Source: Dipteris shenzhenensis | Taxonomy: Eukaryota | Length of the DNA: 64,000 bases | NCBI GenBank assembly: GCA_047967505.1 | Contig: CM106538.1 | Strand: one strand, 5' to 3' | Shown here: positions 61,860-64,000 of the stretch, piece after piece | How positions within the stretch are numbered: the first letter of the stretch is position 1 | Layout of the letters: every line of letters begins with the position of its first letter | Translations under genes and position numbers: made by a program | Notes under the pieces: generated by a model | Told to the model about the DNA's origin: nothing | The model's database searches: none | The model's input: only the letters and a program-made list of their open reading frames with translations

Positions 61860-63450
61860 ACCAAGTGCTTTGTCATGTTTCATTTGGGAGGCGGAAGCTT
61901 TCTCCTACCTTGTCTTGGAGGTGGAAGCTTCCGCATGAGAGGGTTGTGCATCATATATGGACATGTCTGCATTCCTCAATGAAACCAGTGTCGTTAAGAG
62001 AAACTCTTCCATTGTCTAGTCTTCAAAACCTAAAATCTTGGGATCTTTGACACGTGTCAACATTGAGCCCCAATAGGACTTCGAGTCCCTCTTCCTCTCG
62101 TAGTCCAAAAAGAACCTCTATGTCATGAAGGAATACGTACTCTTCTCGATTAATGATGAGGGGGGACAAGGACCATAAGTCTGCTTCTGGGTCAGCGGTC
62201 TCTGATGCAGATTCTTACTCTACTCTTGCTGGGGGATCTTGAAGTAGGCTTAATGGTTGAGTTGCTTCCATCTCCTCTCTTGTAATGGATGCCATATCCC
62301 CATGCAATGCTCACTCCCTCTACTGGAAAGCATGCCACCATCAAAGGGACTAGGACTATAGATTTTGGACCCATGATGCCCAATCCTCTCTGAGCACCCC
62401 CTCAGGTGGTTGCCTCTAGATCTTAGCTATTACCACCACTAAACCACCGCCTCCTGTAAGAGATCTTCTAGAATGCGGACCCCTTTTTAGAGGATTCCCA
62501 AGAAGGCTGCTCTAGGTGGAGTACAATCGGGGAGTGATTTGACATAGTGGTGCCTACTAAGATTCTTGTGGAGCCTCCCTTGTGCAACTCACAATCCTCA
62601 ACATAAAAGTTGTTGAGGCACTCCAACAAGCCATCATGTCTCCTCTGTCCAAAAGAAAATTCAAGGCTGCTAGGAAGCCTAGTAAATTATGCCTCCCTCT
62701 AGAGGTCTCTGCCACAACTGATCATAAAAACAAACTGCTCCCAAGTGCTCCTCTCTACTGCCTGCATCTCAGCAAATGGGCCTTGCTATCTCAATTACCC
62801 AATATCATTATGATTGATTGATGGTACTTGTCCTCTCTCATTCCACGGGGCTCACACAAAACTAGTAGTCATAGAGTAAGGACTTTAGATTCATGGTCAA
62901 GACTCTCTTCCGTGTACATGTCAGAGTCTAGTCTAGGAACAAGGATATAACAGTTCTACTAGAGGGGGTGCTGGACGATGAGGCTTCTTCCTCTAAATTT
63001 CCTTCTTGAAGAAAGATGAATGTCATCTCCCATGAAAGGAATTTAGTGCACATATTTCCATGATCCCCACTTCTAGGATGTCTTTCACTTCTATCATCCT
63101 AAACCTTTCTCTATAAGATTATCACAAAAGCAGGCCAAGCGCTTTACAAACTTGGGTTTGTCTAGGAATAGATACTTGATGTAATCTATCCGAACCCATC
63201 TCTTTGAAGAGTCAAGTGTATATGCAAAATAATGGAATGACTTTGAATTGGGCATGCCAAAAGTGTGATAGCCTTATCAGGTTTGGATTTGGGTTGCTCG
63301 TCTTCAAGATGGTGTATCCCAATGAACTATTTCATCCCTTTTTATATAGGTTCCTCTAATCTACATCAACTTTTTGATAGTATTTGTAATTGCCCTTTCA
63401 AGCTTATTTTTGGGCAAGAATATTCTCGACATCATATAATGATGTAAGTA
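61860..63450 (-). mobile_element. Highly degenerate TE remnant (possibly LINE ORF1) abutting the transposase
   Basis: Transposase similarity stops abruptly at ~61850; broken minus-strand frames with no diagnostic motif. Confidence 0.3.
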
Positions 63451-64000
63451 TTAGCATAGTATATGTCTTAGAAATTGTAATAAAAGGCACCATGTACGTT
63501 TGTGTGTGAGTGTGTGTGCATGATCCATACATGACACGTGTAAGCATGTGTGTGTGTGTGTGTGTATCCATGTGTGCATGCATGTGCATGCGACACACGC
63601 ATGTGCAGGCACGTCCATGTGTATTCGTATATGCATGTGCATGTGCATGTCTCTCTAATTTAATTTTGACTTTGATAACAAGTAGCTAGGACACCTACTC
63701 GTCGACACATGACTACACCTATCTTCTCATCATGGACGAACTTATTATTGTTAGTGTTCAAATCTTAGAAATTCACTCCCAAAAACTAGGCGCTAGTATT
63801 TCAAAAAAGAAAAGGTATCTATGTGCATCCAATAGGTATCTAAAACTAATTGATACAAGGTCATATCAAATACTCATTGGAAAAGTAACACAACCATAGG
63901 TATTTTGTAAAATCAATTTCTTTATTTTCAAAACAAAATTATGTCCCAAAAAAAAAAAAAAGCTCAAACTGAAACTTTACTCAAAAGCAAGGACCTAAAA

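Overview
Repeat-rich plant nuclear DNA; the TE content and giant introns suggest a large-genome seed-free plant such as a fern (inference). One intact host gene: an 8-exon Brix-domain ribosome-biogenesis gene (BRX1-like, 313 aa, minus strand, CDS 56960->23491). Its first CDS intron (24.3 kb) and third (6.3 kb) are packed with transposons. The rest is nested Ty1/copia elements, LINE remnants, a probable Penelope-like remnant, hAT/Ds-like MITEs and microsatellites. Highlights: (1) a degenerate intron-containing transposase at 59.5-61.9 kb whose motifs follow the RAG1/Transib core in order; (2) a phospholipase D gene fragment captured in a copia leader; (3) a non-coding three-LTR tandem element with a single TSD and a divergent first LTR; (4) a very young intact copia with TG...TA termini and a W-box/DRE palindrome before its TATA box, antisense inside BRX1; (5) a foreign RNase H patch inside another copia's integrase. 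All protein identifications are by eye from remembered motifs; no searches were run.
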